From NCBI GenBank assembly GCA_013239625.1, contig MU053652.1, positions 62,001-126,000 on the forward strand: a stretch of 64,000 nt of DNA, given 5' to 3'. Positions 24,601 to 37,111 of the stretch are shown here, piece after piece; positions within the stretch are counted from its first letter, which is position 1; the number at the start of each line of letters is the position of its first letter. A program made the translations under genes and the position numbers. Origin of the DNA: Lama guanicoe (lineage: Eukaryota). Below the pieces are notes generated by a model. That model was not told where the DNA came from and made no database searches. It worked only from the letters and a program-made list of their open reading frames with translations.

Positions 24601-25569
24601 CACGCTGTCTCTTCTGGTAAAGCTTTCCGGCATCTGTGCCGTCTCCAAAGTCCTGCCAAGTTGGGCTTCACTCCTTTTTCCCAATGTTTTAGTCCTCTGC
24701 CTACTCTCTGTCCCGTGTTGGACTGTTAGTACCACAAGAACTCTGATTTTAACTCACCCTTTTTACCACCCCCATGGCATACAGCAGAGGCACAATAAGT
24801 AAGCCACGCACTCACAGAAGTTGGCGGCCGCCATATTTATTTGTTGGTATTTTCTGCTTCTTCATATTATAGCTTCAGAGATGGGAGAAAGTTTTTATAA
24901 ACCAGATATGCACAGGGAAGGGAAATTCTTTTTCTCACTTACCTTCATGCTTTAGCCTTCTGGGATTTTGAGAGAAAGGAAAGGATTTTGGTCAAAAGAA
25001 AAAAAAAATCAAGAAGCACAACCCGGTCTTGTAATAGAAGGTGGAGGCATAAGTTTCCAAAGTTACAATTTTCTCACCTCCAAGATGAATAATACTTCCT
25101 ATTCTAACTAGCTCGCAGGGCTATCATGAGGCTCAAATAAGATAATATGCATCTGAAAGATCCTTGCTAGTGGGAAAGCATGATACGGGTGTAAGGCATT
25201 ATTATCCCTTTAATCTTTCTATTCTCATAATGGAGAAAATTTTCCAAAGACAAATTGGGAGCTCATTTCAGGCTCTCAGCTTCCTCTTGCTCCCTGACGC
25301 TCATGACAATTAATGCTGCAGGAGAGCCTGGCTGAATTCAGATAAACAGCAGGTGAAACACATTTGTCAACCCTCTAGCTCTGCCGAAATTGGGCAGGAT
25401 ACTCCTGCTGGTCTCTGGGACTCATCACTGGTGGAGGCACCAGTTCACATGAGAACACCACGGACGCCACCCTGGGTGAGACCTTTCGTTTCTCGCATTC
25501 CTGTTTTCTGCTTTCACCAAGCCAGCGAGGGTGGTTCTGCAGGAGGGCGTGGTAGTTCTCCATGATCGT

Positions 25570-26010
25570 AGAACTTGCAAAGTCTGCAGAAGTGAAATTC
25601 AGGGAGCTTTGCCCTGACCCTCTGCCCACTCTGGGACTGAGGGACCACTTCCCCCAGATGCTGCGAGTCATGAAGCGGATGGCTCTCAGTGGAGCCCAAT
25701 CTGGGGACTGCCCTCAGCCTAAGAGATAAGAGAGCCCCCTTTCCAAGGCCACATCCCCTCCCATATCTGGTGATTAGTCAGCGGCAGGGAAGGGTGGCGA
25801 TAAAGTCCTGGCTATCCTATCTCAAAGTGGGACAACTGTGAAGAGCCATCCCCGCTCCAAAGCTCCCCAGAGGATCTGCTGAAAGCTCAGACTCAATTTT
25901 ATTGCCACCCAACTTCTCCCTTTGCCTGGTCCTCTGTCCCTCACCCTTCACAGGTGATGTTCTTGAAATCACTACTCAATAAAGGTCCTGCGTCCTGCTC
26001 TCTGAGAAGC
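25570..26010 (+). mobile_element. ERVL-type LTR (LTR33/LTR16-related)
   Basis: ctcaaagtgggacaactgtgaagagccatccccgctccaaagctcccc...ctcaataaaggtcctgc. Confidence 0.65.
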
Positions 26011-26542
26011 TCCACATAGGAGACCGCTCCATTTTATGGTGAATGGGTTACTGGTCCACAGGGATTGATGCTCTCAGCCCTTGGAGAAGCTCAGTGGGTC
26101 CCGTGTCAACTCATGTCCCCCAGAAAGTTGCCTTGGCCACAAGCAGCATTCTCCATTTACCCAAGGTTGCCAAACAAGCATTATTTTCTAGGTCCCATGA
26201 TGAGAAAAGGGCTGGGAAGCACGCTCAGAAATAAATCTATTTTAACACAGTATCATTGCCTTTCCAATATCCGTTCCGTCTCTCCCTTACTGACTGAACC
26301 CTGATTTTAATTCCAGGCAGTAATTTTCTGAGCTGAAAAACAAAACAAAATCAACCTCCAACATTCCCCAGCCTCCTGTGCAGCCAGGAGAGCCATGCAC
26401 ACGGTTCCTGCTCAGTGGAGAGAAACGGGGATTGGCAACTTCTCTTGTAAAGGCATCTCCCCACTTGCCTGTTGGTCCCTTCTTTGTCTTCCCTGCTGGG
26501 ATGAGGATGGGAGGCTGGTGACCAAGAGACCCCCATGTTGAG

Positions 26543-28100
26543 TGTATTCAGTGTCTATTGCTGCATCTAAAAAATCACCCCAAAATTTACCCTAAAGTTA
26601 CCCCAAAATGTTAAACAAATATTTATTATCTCAGTTTCTGTGGGTCAGAAATTACAGGGACAGGGATCCCTTTGATGTATTCTCTGGTCAAACAGCCCAA
26701 ATGTGGTACAGCGTGGGCGAGAGCTCTACAAGGATGTGCATTCCAGGAGGCAGGGATCGTCACGGGCCTTCTTGGAGGCTGCCTAGCGCTGTCACCCTCT
26801 GGCCCCTGGGATGTGCATTCATCCCAGTTGCAAAATGTATTCCCCCTCTCCCCAGATCTGCAAATGTCTCAGCCCATGACAGTGCCAACATCCAATTCAG
26901 AACCTCGTCCTCTAAGTCAGGCCCAGGTGTGGAGGAGGCACCTGGTGGGTAGTTCCCAGCAGGTCGTCCAGGACGCTTCCACCCCCAGCCCAGCTCCCAG
27001 CTTCACGGCATTATACGAGCATGTGTCAGGAAGGAGGGAGAAGAAAGATAATCTGGCTGTGATTTCAGTCTGCTCTCTCCCTCCCCATCCACTGCAGGCT
27101 AAAACTGGAGTGTGCATGTCTGAACCTGGATGTCCATGCACATACATGCACACTTCCCCCAAAGCACACTGTGAGAAGGGAAGCTCTCACCACGTAGGCA
27201 AGCCAGGGAAGGGCGCGCTCGAGGGGGATACCAAAACTGGCATTCTTGCAGTGAGAACAGGAATTCCTATCAGGAATACTGTTCATGAGTGGCTGGTCCA
27301 GCAGAAGCCAACTGAGGATCCAACCTCTTCTTCAACCCTCCCTGAAGCTCCCCTCGGGAAGCAGTGATACAGCAAGAGGGGGATGGGGCGGGAGATGCTT
27401 AGCAAGCTTGGGATGAGGGGTAGTAAGAGCTGGAGGCAGAAAAGGAGTAATAGAGAAGTTTCTAGGGCAGCATGGCGCCTGTCTTGCTTTAAGCTTCCAA
27501 GGTGTTCTGCAAAACAAGGGACACAGAATCACCCCATGGTGAGGCGATCTTCAGATGCTGAATTGCTTAACTGTGATCTGAGGTCCCTCTTTCCTCTCTG
27601 GTTGATGGCACATCTTTGGCGTTGACTTCAGAGAACTCTCTCAGGCACGGCCAGCTAAGCACTGTCTTCCTCGTGCTATCTGTGTGAAAAGTCACACTTT
27701 ACAGGTTCTCAGAGAATGATTCCAGATACTGATAGAGAAGCCAGCCCTGAATACCACTCTGCTGGCTTTGCTGCCTGTGCAGATGTTCCCAGAGATTCAA
27801 TCACTCTCTCTGCATTTTCAAAGTTCATGCTGCAAAATTAACATTAATAACCAAATGAAACTCACTTGTTTTTTTTTTCAACGGAGGCCACCAATCCAGA
27901 TTTGAGATTCAACCTTTTTCATCCTGTACCCAAGTAGGAAAAATTTAAGAGCATAAAGCCAGTAGCTGGCATCAAATAACCTTGGTTACTAGTCCCTACC
28001 TGATCTTGATCCCTCATTTACAATAACTGGCCAAGCCTTTGCCATGAGCCCCAGTTCCAGCTGGCTATTAGCCGTGGTTCCAAGGAATCTTCTCCAAGAG
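26543..28100 (-). mobile_element. MaLR provirus remnant: MLT1 LTR (about 26543-26790) plus degraded internal sequence
   Basis: LTR motifs ctattgctgc...atttattatctcagtttctgtgggtcagaaatt...cttggaggctgcc, followed directly by ccctctggcccc...gcaaaatgtattcccc...tctaagtcaggcccaggtgtgga as in MLT1-int. Right boundary uncertain. Confidence 0.6.
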
Positions 28101-29084
28101 TAGGATAACACTTTATCCTTCATCCTCTGAAGATTGATGTTCCATTTCTGAGTCCAAATTTCTGAAGGTAAATTTTGCCTTCTACCTGGCGGTAGTCTGC
28201 CCTGGTGTCTACTTGTTCCAGACCTGGAACTTGGGTTTGTTGGAACCCTGACTCTTCCCAGGTCAAGGCTGGTGGTCTTTCCGCTGTGCCCCTCACTTGT
28301 CAGACCACTTGTAAGGAACACGGTATTCACAGCTGGAAGGGACTGTACGCATCATCTGGTTCGACCATTCCAACATGTCTTGGTGACAATAAACTCAGGA
28401 AACTATTCAAACAATGCCTCATATTCAGAGCTCTCCCCTTGTCACGATGAATAAGAATGACTTAGAGTCAATTCAAAAATTTTCTCTCTAACGCCAAGGA
28501 CCAGGGTCTAGGGATGCAGTTTTCAGATTGCTTGGAAAAGTGTCTGGCTAATGGGTAAAGGAAGGCTGGCCATCTCTGTCCCGTCATGTCACTCAACACC
28601 GGTCCTTGACGCAGTCCTGGTCTGTATTCGTCTGAAATTGCACCCTGACAGCCCAGCCAGCCCACAGGACCCCCGACAGGCTAGATGCCAAACACTTTCG
28701 GGGAGGCTGGGGGTGTGGGCATCGTGCGTTTTGTAGATTTGGCGAAAGCCTGATCAACTAAATCCAGGAGGCCCAGAAAATGTGGCAGATATGGGGCAAA
28801 ATGGGATCAACAGAGGCAAAAATAATTCAAAGGATGCCCTGCTGGGAGCCCCCAAGCCTTGCATGGGATGCTACTTGACTGCACCAAAGTCATTTGACCT
28901 GGCCAGTCAAGGGTGCAGTAGGTAACGGTGGTGGCAGTGCCTGGGCTGAGGGAGGGAGATGCAGAACCACACGACTCATATGCTTTGGCCGGATCTCTTC
29001 TAGAATATTTATCGAAGCAGGTAGTTTGGAGCTATCTAGCCAAGTAGTGTCAAATTACTTGTTGTTCAGCTAGAGGTAAATATC

Positions 29085-29111
29085 NNNNNNNNNNNNNNNN
29101 NNNNNNNNNNN
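29085..29111. other. Assembly gap (27 N)
   Basis: Direct reading. Confidence 1.
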
Positions 29112-29399
29112 TCAGACACTTGGGGTTGGGAGAGGGGGCAGTGAAATTGTGCAAGTCTCAGCCAGTGTGTGGACTGTCAGCACAGAGAGCCCTGATGTCT
29201 GGGGGCCAGAAAACTCCAATGGGACCCCAAGCATGGGGGAGACTCCACAGGGCCCCCTGAGAACCACAGGCAGAGCCCGCTCCTCCCCACCGTGGCACAG
29301 GCAGGGCGTGGGATCGATGGTGCCCGCAGACCGGCAGAGCTTAACAGGGAGAAGCAATTCCAGAAGGAGAGTGCAGGGCTGATTAATGCGCCGCAGCCT

Positions 29400-29505
29400 C
29401 TGAGAAGATTAATGTGTGGACAAGGGGAAACCAAGGAATGTAATTTATTTAGACTTTCAAAAAGGCTCCACGCTAAGGGCTATTTTTAAAAGTCACCATG
29501 GAATC
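29400..29505 (+). mobile_element. CR1/L3 LINE reverse-transcriptase remnant
   Basis: Translates VDKGKPRNVIYLDFQKG...KSHHGI, resembling the CR1 RT motif (D.G..VD.IYLDF.KAFD.V.H). Confidence 0.65.
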
Positions 29506-30384
29506 TGGGTTTTAAAGGACTCGCTTTTTGAGGTTAACGCCAGCAAGACACCCACATTTTCCAGCTGCCACTGCCACAAAGTATGGATGACTCGTGACTT
29601 TTACCCTGTGTGGCATTTCTAAGCAGATTCCCACCTCCTCTGGCCCCTCCAGAAGCAATTCTGACTCCCTCCCCTCTGAATTTCCATCCAGTCCTCTCTT
29701 ACTTAACACTTTTCACCTTATGTGTAATTCTACTTGTGTATCTCGCCCCTCATAGACTGGGACCCACCTGGGGACAGGGGCAGAGTCTTACCCATTTTTG
29801 CATCCCATCCGGTACTCTGACTAGGAGCTCCTCTCCCTGAGTAGGGAAAACACAGTGACCTCAGACCCAGCAATCTTATCCACTACAGTTTACACCTGGG
29901 GCTACATCCCAAGCACCTCAAATTTGGCATGGCCAGCCCTGCAGCCATCATCTCCAGCCCTGTCACACACAGCCACTCCTCCATGTCCCCTCTCAGTTAG
30001 TCGCCCTGCTCCCACCCAACCTGGCGATACCCACTTCTCTTCATCCTCACTGCACCCACCATATTGGGGCCCTCACTGCTGCATCTGTATAACAACACTT
30101 TCCAACTGGTCACACCTTTCAAAGGCCAGTGTGCAGGGCTCTCCCTGTCCCTGCGCAATTTCCTCTCCAGCCTCACCTTTGTGCCACCTTCTGTCCTGTG
30201 TGTGCCAAGCTGGAGCCACTACCAGGTGGGGGTCCCTGTAGGTCCTTTGCACACCCGGATAACTCCTGCTGTCCTCTGATTACCTCCCACTCTTCCTTGT
30301 CCTCACTTCTTCCAGCTTCTTCTTGTAGTGAAATATTTCATTACAAGAATGAATGAATGAGCACATAGCAATTGCTTTTCCTAT

Positions 30385-30560
30385 GTGCTCATTCATTCAT
30401 TCAACAAACATTTCTTGAGCAGCTACTATGTAACAGGCATTTTATTAGGCAAGGGTGATAGAATAGTGAACAGGACTGATGGTCTCTGTTTTCACAGAGC
30501 TGAGCATCTAATGAGGGGCAAAGACAATTTTACAAGGAAGTATAAAAAATATAGTAACTG
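30385..30560 (-). mobile_element. L2 3' end
   Basis: cattcattcattcaacaaacatttcttgagcagctactatgtaacaggca. Confidence 0.85.
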
Positions 30561-30579
30561 TTAGAATGAATGCCCCCAT

Positions 30580-30900
30580 CTACCACAGGGCCTTTTTATA
30601 TGCTATTCCCACCCCCTGGTAAACTCTCTCTCCCCTTTGTCTAGTACTCCTCCAGGTTAAACTCAATTAGTTCCCCTAGGCTAGATCAAATACCTCTCCT
30701 TTATGCTTTTGTCACATTTTGTACTTCATAAAAGCATTTAACACAATTATAATTGTATATGTATTTGTATCACTGCTTGATTAATGGCGACTAACTCCTC
30801 TAGCCTGTAAGCCTTGGAAATGCTGGGCCAGGCACAGTTTGCTCACCATGATAAACCTGGCATGACAGACACATACCAGGTATTTGTTGTACGATGAAAT
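30580..30900 (+). mobile_element. L2 3' region
   Basis: cacagggcctttttatatgctattccc...ctagcctgtaagcctt...gtatttgttg. Confidence 0.65.
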
Positions 30901-31102
30901 GCTAGGGAAGTGAACAGCAGTCTCCCATCTGCTTTTTCAGGGGGTTAGGCAAAGCTGCCCAGAGGAATTGATAAATCAGACATCCTGAAGAGAGTGCAGG
31001 AATTAGGCCAAGAGCAAGTGGGCAGTAAAAGCGTTCCAGGCAGCAAACACAGCATTGGAAAGACTCTGTAGCTGGAAGGCTGGTGTTTTTAAGCACTTGT
31101 TT

Positions 31103-31860
31103 CCAGAGTAGGGAACTTATTCCCCAAGGGGTGCACAAGAGAACCCTTTAGGAAGCAGGAAAAAAATATTCATTTACTTATGCTGAATTTTTAATCTAAC
31201 TGAATAAGAAAGAAATTAAGCTCTCCTATTATCTAATAAACAGGCTGAAGCCAACTACTCCCTTAGTGTTAGAAGGTTACGTGCCATACGAAGTCCAAAG
31301 TCCATGACGTATCTGAAGGAGCAACAGCTGTGCCCTCCCATGCAGCTTATGTGTGTCTGTTACATGAACTCACGGAGCGTATTACTTAGCCTAACGTGAC
31401 CCTCACAAAATGAAACATGGCTTAAAGGGGGTCCTGCCAAGAAGTCACAGAGTGAAGGTAATGCTAATAATATAAGTACAAGTGAACGAGATTATCTCCT
31501 TCTAAGCTGACACTGCCTCATACAAGTTCATACAATGTCAACCACATTATGAGATGAAAACAATGGTTTAATCAGACCTGACAAGAAGACTGCCAAAAGA
31601 ATACAAAATTGTCACCAAGTCTGCTCGAAATGTGGATTTGCGCCCTCTGTTGTTAAGGTTGAACTTTGCTGTTTATGGTTCTCATCTTGATACATTAGTT
31701 AATGGTAACAAGGCATGTGCACAATTTATAAATAAATATGCATCCCTTAGAGTATATACTCATACGTGTGTGTATATATACAGAAGCCTAGAAGGTTTTT
31801 GCATCTTCATTTGTTGTTTTCTAATTGAGGTGTATAACCCAAATTTTGGAAATCATTTCA
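31103..31860. mobile_element. hAT-Charlie-type DNA transposon derivative
   Basis: Left end with ccccaaggggtgcacaag, AT-rich interior, right end gaggtgtataacccaaattttggaaatcatt. Confidence 0.5.
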
Positions 31861-32165
31861 TTCAAGAACTGAAAGAAGACAAGATGGTAGAACTGGCGAG
31901 TAGAGGAGAGAGATTAGTCTAGAGAGGTAAGCATCTCTATCATAGCACTGATTGTACTGTTTATAATTGTTTATCTTAGGGATCCTTAGGGTTAAATTAC
32001 ACCCAATAATTTATGCATATGAGTATTTTGTGGAGAAGATTCATAACCTTCATACAATTCTCTGAAGGTCCATGTCTTTGTAAATTTTAATAACGACTGA
32101 TTTAGTTAATGGTCTACATCTCCTAACTAAACTGTGTTCCTTGATGCTGAAGACTCTCATCTTTA

Positions 32166-32190
32166 TGATCATCATCATCATCATCATCAT
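32166..32190. repeat. (ATC)n microsatellite
   Basis: Direct reading. Confidence 0.9.
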
Positions 32191-32349
32191 AGATATGAAA
32201 CAGGGATTCAATGATTATTGAATGAATGAAGGATTTACTTATTGCTTTCTCTTCCAGCATTGGAAGACAAAGAAACCAGAAAACCACATGCAGCCAAAAG
32301 CTGATTCTTTCTCATAGAAAGAGAGTCTGGTAGGTTTTATTCAATATAC

Positions 32350-32560
32350 AGCTACACAGCACTGACTGTATGCAGACATAAGTCTTTGAGCGATATTAGC
32401 TCATTCAGTCTTTGAATAAAACCTAGGAGGAAGGTGCTACCATTGTCCTACTTTCTGCATGGTGGAGCTGAGGGACAGAGAGGTTAACTGGCCTGTAGAG
32501 GGAATGTAGCTGGTAAGTGGCAGGGGCAAGGGTCAAACCCAGACAGTCTTGGCTTCAGTC
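32350..32560 (-). mobile_element. MIR SINE
   Basis: ggagctgagggacagagaggttaactggcctg...gctggtaagtggcaggggcaagggtcaaacccagacagtc. Confidence 0.75.
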
Positions 32561-33059
32561 TGTGCCAGGGAGCACCACGCCGCGGCATGACCTGCGTGTC
32601 GGCTCACATCGGAAAAGGGTCTTGTCATCAGAAGATACTCAGTGTAACCTGACAGCAAAGACACCTGCCATGACCTCACTCATTCTGTGGCAAGTAATGA
32701 CCTTCAAAAGCAAAGTAGGAAAAAGCAGATTTAGATTCCAAAGGCTTGGGTTCCTGTAGCCATGAATAATGCACTTGAGTGGACAGTTTTACCTTGTGAG
32801 ATGGAAAACTGCTGACAAAGTTGTGAGATTATATTTAATGTTTTATAGTGGAAATCCTCAAAAATATTCAAAAGTGTAGAGAAAAACACAGTGAACCTCC
32901 ATAGACCCCCTCACCCAGTGCCAACAATTACCAACATGTGGCCAATCACATTTTATTCTTATGCTCACTCACTACCCCCTTTATTATTTTTAAGTAAACT
33001 CCTGACATTGTGTGATTTCATAATGGGACTTTAAAATATTGTATTACTCACTTAGAATC

Positions 33060-33240
33060 TGTCTAGAAATGAAATCAGGAGACTTGAGTTTGAGCCTTGC
33101 CTCTACAATTTTCCAGCTGTGTCCTTGGGCAATAACTTCTCTGAGCCTCAGTTGCAACATCTGTAAATCATGGATAATACCTGTTTCACCCTGTAGCTTT
33201 TGAGGATGAGCTAAGTCAACACATGTAAGAGTAATTTCTA
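33060..33240 (+). mobile_element. MIR SINE
   Basis: gctgtgtccttgggcaataacttctctgagcctcagttgcaacatctgtaaatcatggataatacc. Confidence 0.75.
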
Positions 33241-33302
33241 AACTGTACGGTCTTGATTGAACCTCAGTGTAAGTCTACTTCCATCTTACCCCACCATGAG
33301 AA

Positions 33303-33650
33303 CTGTAATGGTTATTTTCATATGGCGAGACAATGGTGACCAGTTACTTGGTCAAATACCAGTCTAGATGTTGCTGTGAAAGTATTCTTAAGGTGTGGTT
33401 AACATTTACAATCAGATGACTTTAAGTAAAGCAGACCAGCCTCCATGATATGGGGGGTCTCGTCCAATCAGTTGAAGATCTTCAGAGAAGACTGAGGTTT
33501 CCCCCCAAAGAAGAAATTCTGCCTCCAGGTTGTAGCACAGAAATTCTGCCTGATTTTTCAGCCTTTGGATTAAAGGCTGCAATGTCAACTCACTCAAATT
33601 TTCAGCCTGCCACTTGACAATGGAGTTTGGACTTGCCAGACTCACAGTCA
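33303..33650 (+). mobile_element. ERVL LTR, MLT2 (MLT2D-like)
   Basis: ttggtcaaataccagtctagatgttgctgtgaag...actttaagtaaagcaga...ccaatcagttgaag...gaagaaattctgcctcc. Confidence 0.8.
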
Positions 33651-34005
33651 TGTCTGGCTTCAAACTGGGTGGGATTCGCCAATGAGAATCCACTGCAGGC
33701 AATCTGAAGATGGAGGAAGAGAGAGGCTGGGGTATTTATTCCCTTGACTTTTTCCTGGTAGGTTGTACTAAGCTGCTCTTCCCAAGTGGTCCTCTCCACT
33801 GCCCAGGTTCAGTACCACTTCCTCCCCTCCCCTAGAGGTGATGGGGTGACAGTGCTCTCTCCACATTGTTCCCAGCCCCAGGCACTAACCCTGTGGTCTC
33901 CTCATGCTGTGCCCACACCTTTGCTGATAGTCCCTTTATTAACCTCTTCTCAGTTACCCAGTTTGAGCGTGCCACCTATTTCTCACAGGGACCCCGAGTG
34001 ATACA
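33651..34005 (+). mobile_element. ERVL-type LTR 3' part (LTR33/LTR41-like)
   Basis: ggaggaagagagaggctggggtatttattccc...cctttattaacctcttctcagttacccagtttgag...tgataca. Confidence 0.6.
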
Positions 34006-36564
34006 GATGCTAGAGAAAGCAGTTTAATGGAGAATCACATGCTAGTTATGTGGATTAAACAAATTCACTAAGAATTCCATTAGGAAAACTTCAGGTGCTC
34101 ATCAGTATCACTTTTCCGGAGTTCCCAGACGGCCATGTTCCAAGCTCTACAGCTCTCTGAGAACCTCAACTAGTGCGTCCTCCACTCACTCCCTCTCCAA
34201 AGGTGTTCTCTACTGGGAGCGGGACTTGCTCAGGTCCCTTAAGTCTGCCCTTGACCCTTTACTGCATCTTGGGAGGAAGGAGAACCAGCTCCTTCCCTTT
34301 CTCACAGTACCTCTTCACCTCATTCCTTCCGTGCCCCTGCCTCCTCTTTCTCCAGCCTCTGAGCCTTACTCCCTTTGGGACCAGCTAGCCCACAGCCTCT
34401 GAAGCCAGCTCAGTCAAGGCCAGAGAGTCCCCATCAGTGCCTAATGACAGCCTCCAGTTCAGCCTCCCCCCAACACACATGCCAAAAAAATACTTTGGTT
34501 ATGTAAGTCGCTATTGTCATTTTTCTTTTAGATGTGGTATTCAACAGTTTGGCCATTTCTGCAGGACTACACAATTAATTTCCATTGAGAGCTAATTGGA
34601 TATCCTTTCATTTCCCCACTAGTCTCTAGCGTGGCTCCCACCACCCCTTGCCCCCATAAATATTTATAACTCCACTCCAAATGTTAGCAGTATGTTTTGA
34701 AAAATACATCCAATTATAACAGGAATCTGATATTATATTCAAAGCTAGTCACAGCCTTTCCTTCCTCGGCAGCTTACTTTGAAAACTGAAAAACCACCTT
34801 TCTTTGTTTATTAAAAAAAAAAATTTGTGTATATACATATACCACAACACTGTAAATCAATTATGCTTCAATTAAAAAAAAGAACCAAAAAAGAAAAAAA
34901 CCCCACAAAAACTGGACCTCTATTCACCAACACATCAGTGTGTGGAAATTTTGCTTCAAATAATTAAAAATATTAATAAACTACAAAGCAGTCCTTTCGC
35001 CTGCTACAGCAAAAGCTGTCCATTTTAATGAGACACTGATACAATGTAGTGATTTTGATGTTCCCCTGATTTCATTAAAATGGGATTATGTGTGGGTGTG
35101 TGTGTGTAGCCGTAAGAACAAACTCAAAGACCTGAAGTCTGAAAGCTGTTTGAAAGCTAATTAAAATGGCCCTCAGGATTTGGGGCACAGCAAGAATGTA
35201 AACACCATCTTCCTGCCAACTGCCCTCTGTCACGAACATACAGCTTGAATTCAGCCAGCATTCCTGCTTTTGGAGTTTATGACTCAGCTGGTGAGTGGCC
35301 TGTGGATGATTATTACCGACCTGAGTCATCAGTTAGCGGGGCCTCTCTGACATCCTTCCCCAGCCAAATTTCCGTTAGACCATGGCACCTGGAAATGGGG
35401 GACCTTCCCCCAGCAAATCTGCTCAGCCAATCTGGCTGGGGAAAGATCTTCTACTCAGTAATGGGGAAAAGCAGCCTGGGACGAGGCTGAAAAATCTCTG
35501 GGAACCAGACCTGCTGGGGACCCTCCTCCTCCCTGACTCCACAAGGTGGCAGAAACCAGGACCCCACAAGATTCACAGCTTTTCAGAGCAAGTGGCTTTT
35601 CTTTGTCCTTGTAAGGCATTAGCCTCCGCATCTTGGGAGCCATTTAGAAACAGTGGGTGAGAAGCAAAGGAACGTGCCCAAATTAGTCCCTGGTGGACTC
35701 ATTTCACTATCCTGCTCTCTGAACCTTTCCTCTTCAAACCCTGCCTCCTCCACTCTCTCTACCGCTTCTCTCAAATGCACTTTGAAAGAAGTTATCAAAC
35801 AGCCAAAGGAAAGAAAAAGATTTTACATGGAAATGTTTGTCCTCCTTCTTTTCGCTCTGGAACTAAAGCCCCAGGCTGGGTGGTGAGTGTGTCTGCTGGG
35901 ATGTTCAGTTCTTTCTACTAGTCTGTCTTTGCATGTCTTAGGAAGGGCCTGGGCTTCAGGGTCAGGTAAATTTGGGTTCTATTTATGCTAGATTACTTTG
36001 GGACAATTTTAACCTTTCTGGTCTGCAGTACCTCATGTGTCCATAGGGCCTCATAACGGGATAATTATGAAGATTAAATTTAGCTAATGAATACAAAGAA
36101 GCAATGGACAGAAGTTGGAATATCTCAGGTCTTCAATCACACGACATACACCAAGCTATCTACCCAAACCATTACTGGGGCACGGAATTTACATGCTCCT
36201 TGGAAATGAATAATTAAGGCCCATCATGAATGTATAAATTATGAGACTTACCAAGGGGAAACTCTAACCTGGAAACTTTGAGACAATACTCCTGACTCCT
36301 AGGTTTCTAACTCTCTCTCGAGAATTAAATTCTCCCCATGAGTTTGCGTTCTCCCAGCTGCTCTGGGAGCCACTGTCTTCTGTCATTTAAATGGATCATA
36401 AGTTAAAATTTGGACAAGATTCTGGTTTTTGGCTTTAGCTGTGACATTTCTTCTCACTGCACCTGCAGGACTTAAATCGGGTCTCCTGGTCCCATTCATG
36501 CCCCTACTACAGTCTGTCCCAATAGTGAGAGGAATTTTCTTAAAAATAAATCAGGTGGTGTCTT

Positions 36565-36960
36565 CCCATCTCACTGTTTATCCATTCACCTACTGAAGGA
36601 CATTGTGGTGTCTTCCAGTTTTTGGCCATTATGAATAAAGCTGTTATCAACATTTGTGTGCAGGTTTTTATGTGGATATGTTTTCAGCTCATTTGGGTAA
36701 ATACCAAGAAGCACGATTGTTGGATCAAATGGTCAGGAAATGGCTAACTTTGTAAGAAACTGCCAAACTGTCTTCCAAAGTGGCTGTATCGTTTTGCATT
36801 CCCACCAGCAATGAGTGAGAATTCCTATTGCTCCACATTCTCACCAGCACTTCATGTTGTCTGTGTTTTGGATTTTAACATTCTAAAAGATGTGTATAGT
36901 ATCTTGTCATTTTAATTTGTGATTCCCTAATGACACATGATGTCCATCATGCTTTTGTGT
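36565..36960 (-). mobile_element. L1 (L1MB/MC-like) fragment inserted in an L2
   Basis: tttatccattcacctactgaaggacatt...ttccaaagtggctgtatcgttttgcattcccaccagcaatgag; L2 pieces at about 36480-36565 and 36970-37090. Confidence 0.85.
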
Positions 36961-37111
36961 GTTTTTTTTCCTAGTTCATCAGCCCTATGGAATCAGAGAC
37001 TCCTCTGTTTCATTTATTCCTGTCTGCCCCATACCTCAGAACAGCATCTATGTAAGGTCCGCTCTTTATAAGTGTTTGTTAAATAAATAAATACATTTTG
37101 AGAAGAGTGGG

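Noticed and set aside
26672..27367. 231-aa ORF as a protein-coding gene
   Set aside because: It overlaps a MaLR LTR and internal sequence in antisense, begins at a non-ATG codon in the track and has no recognisable domain.
29085..29111. Structural break or rearrangement
   Set aside because: It is an assembly gap. The true length is unknown, so no biological inference is drawn.
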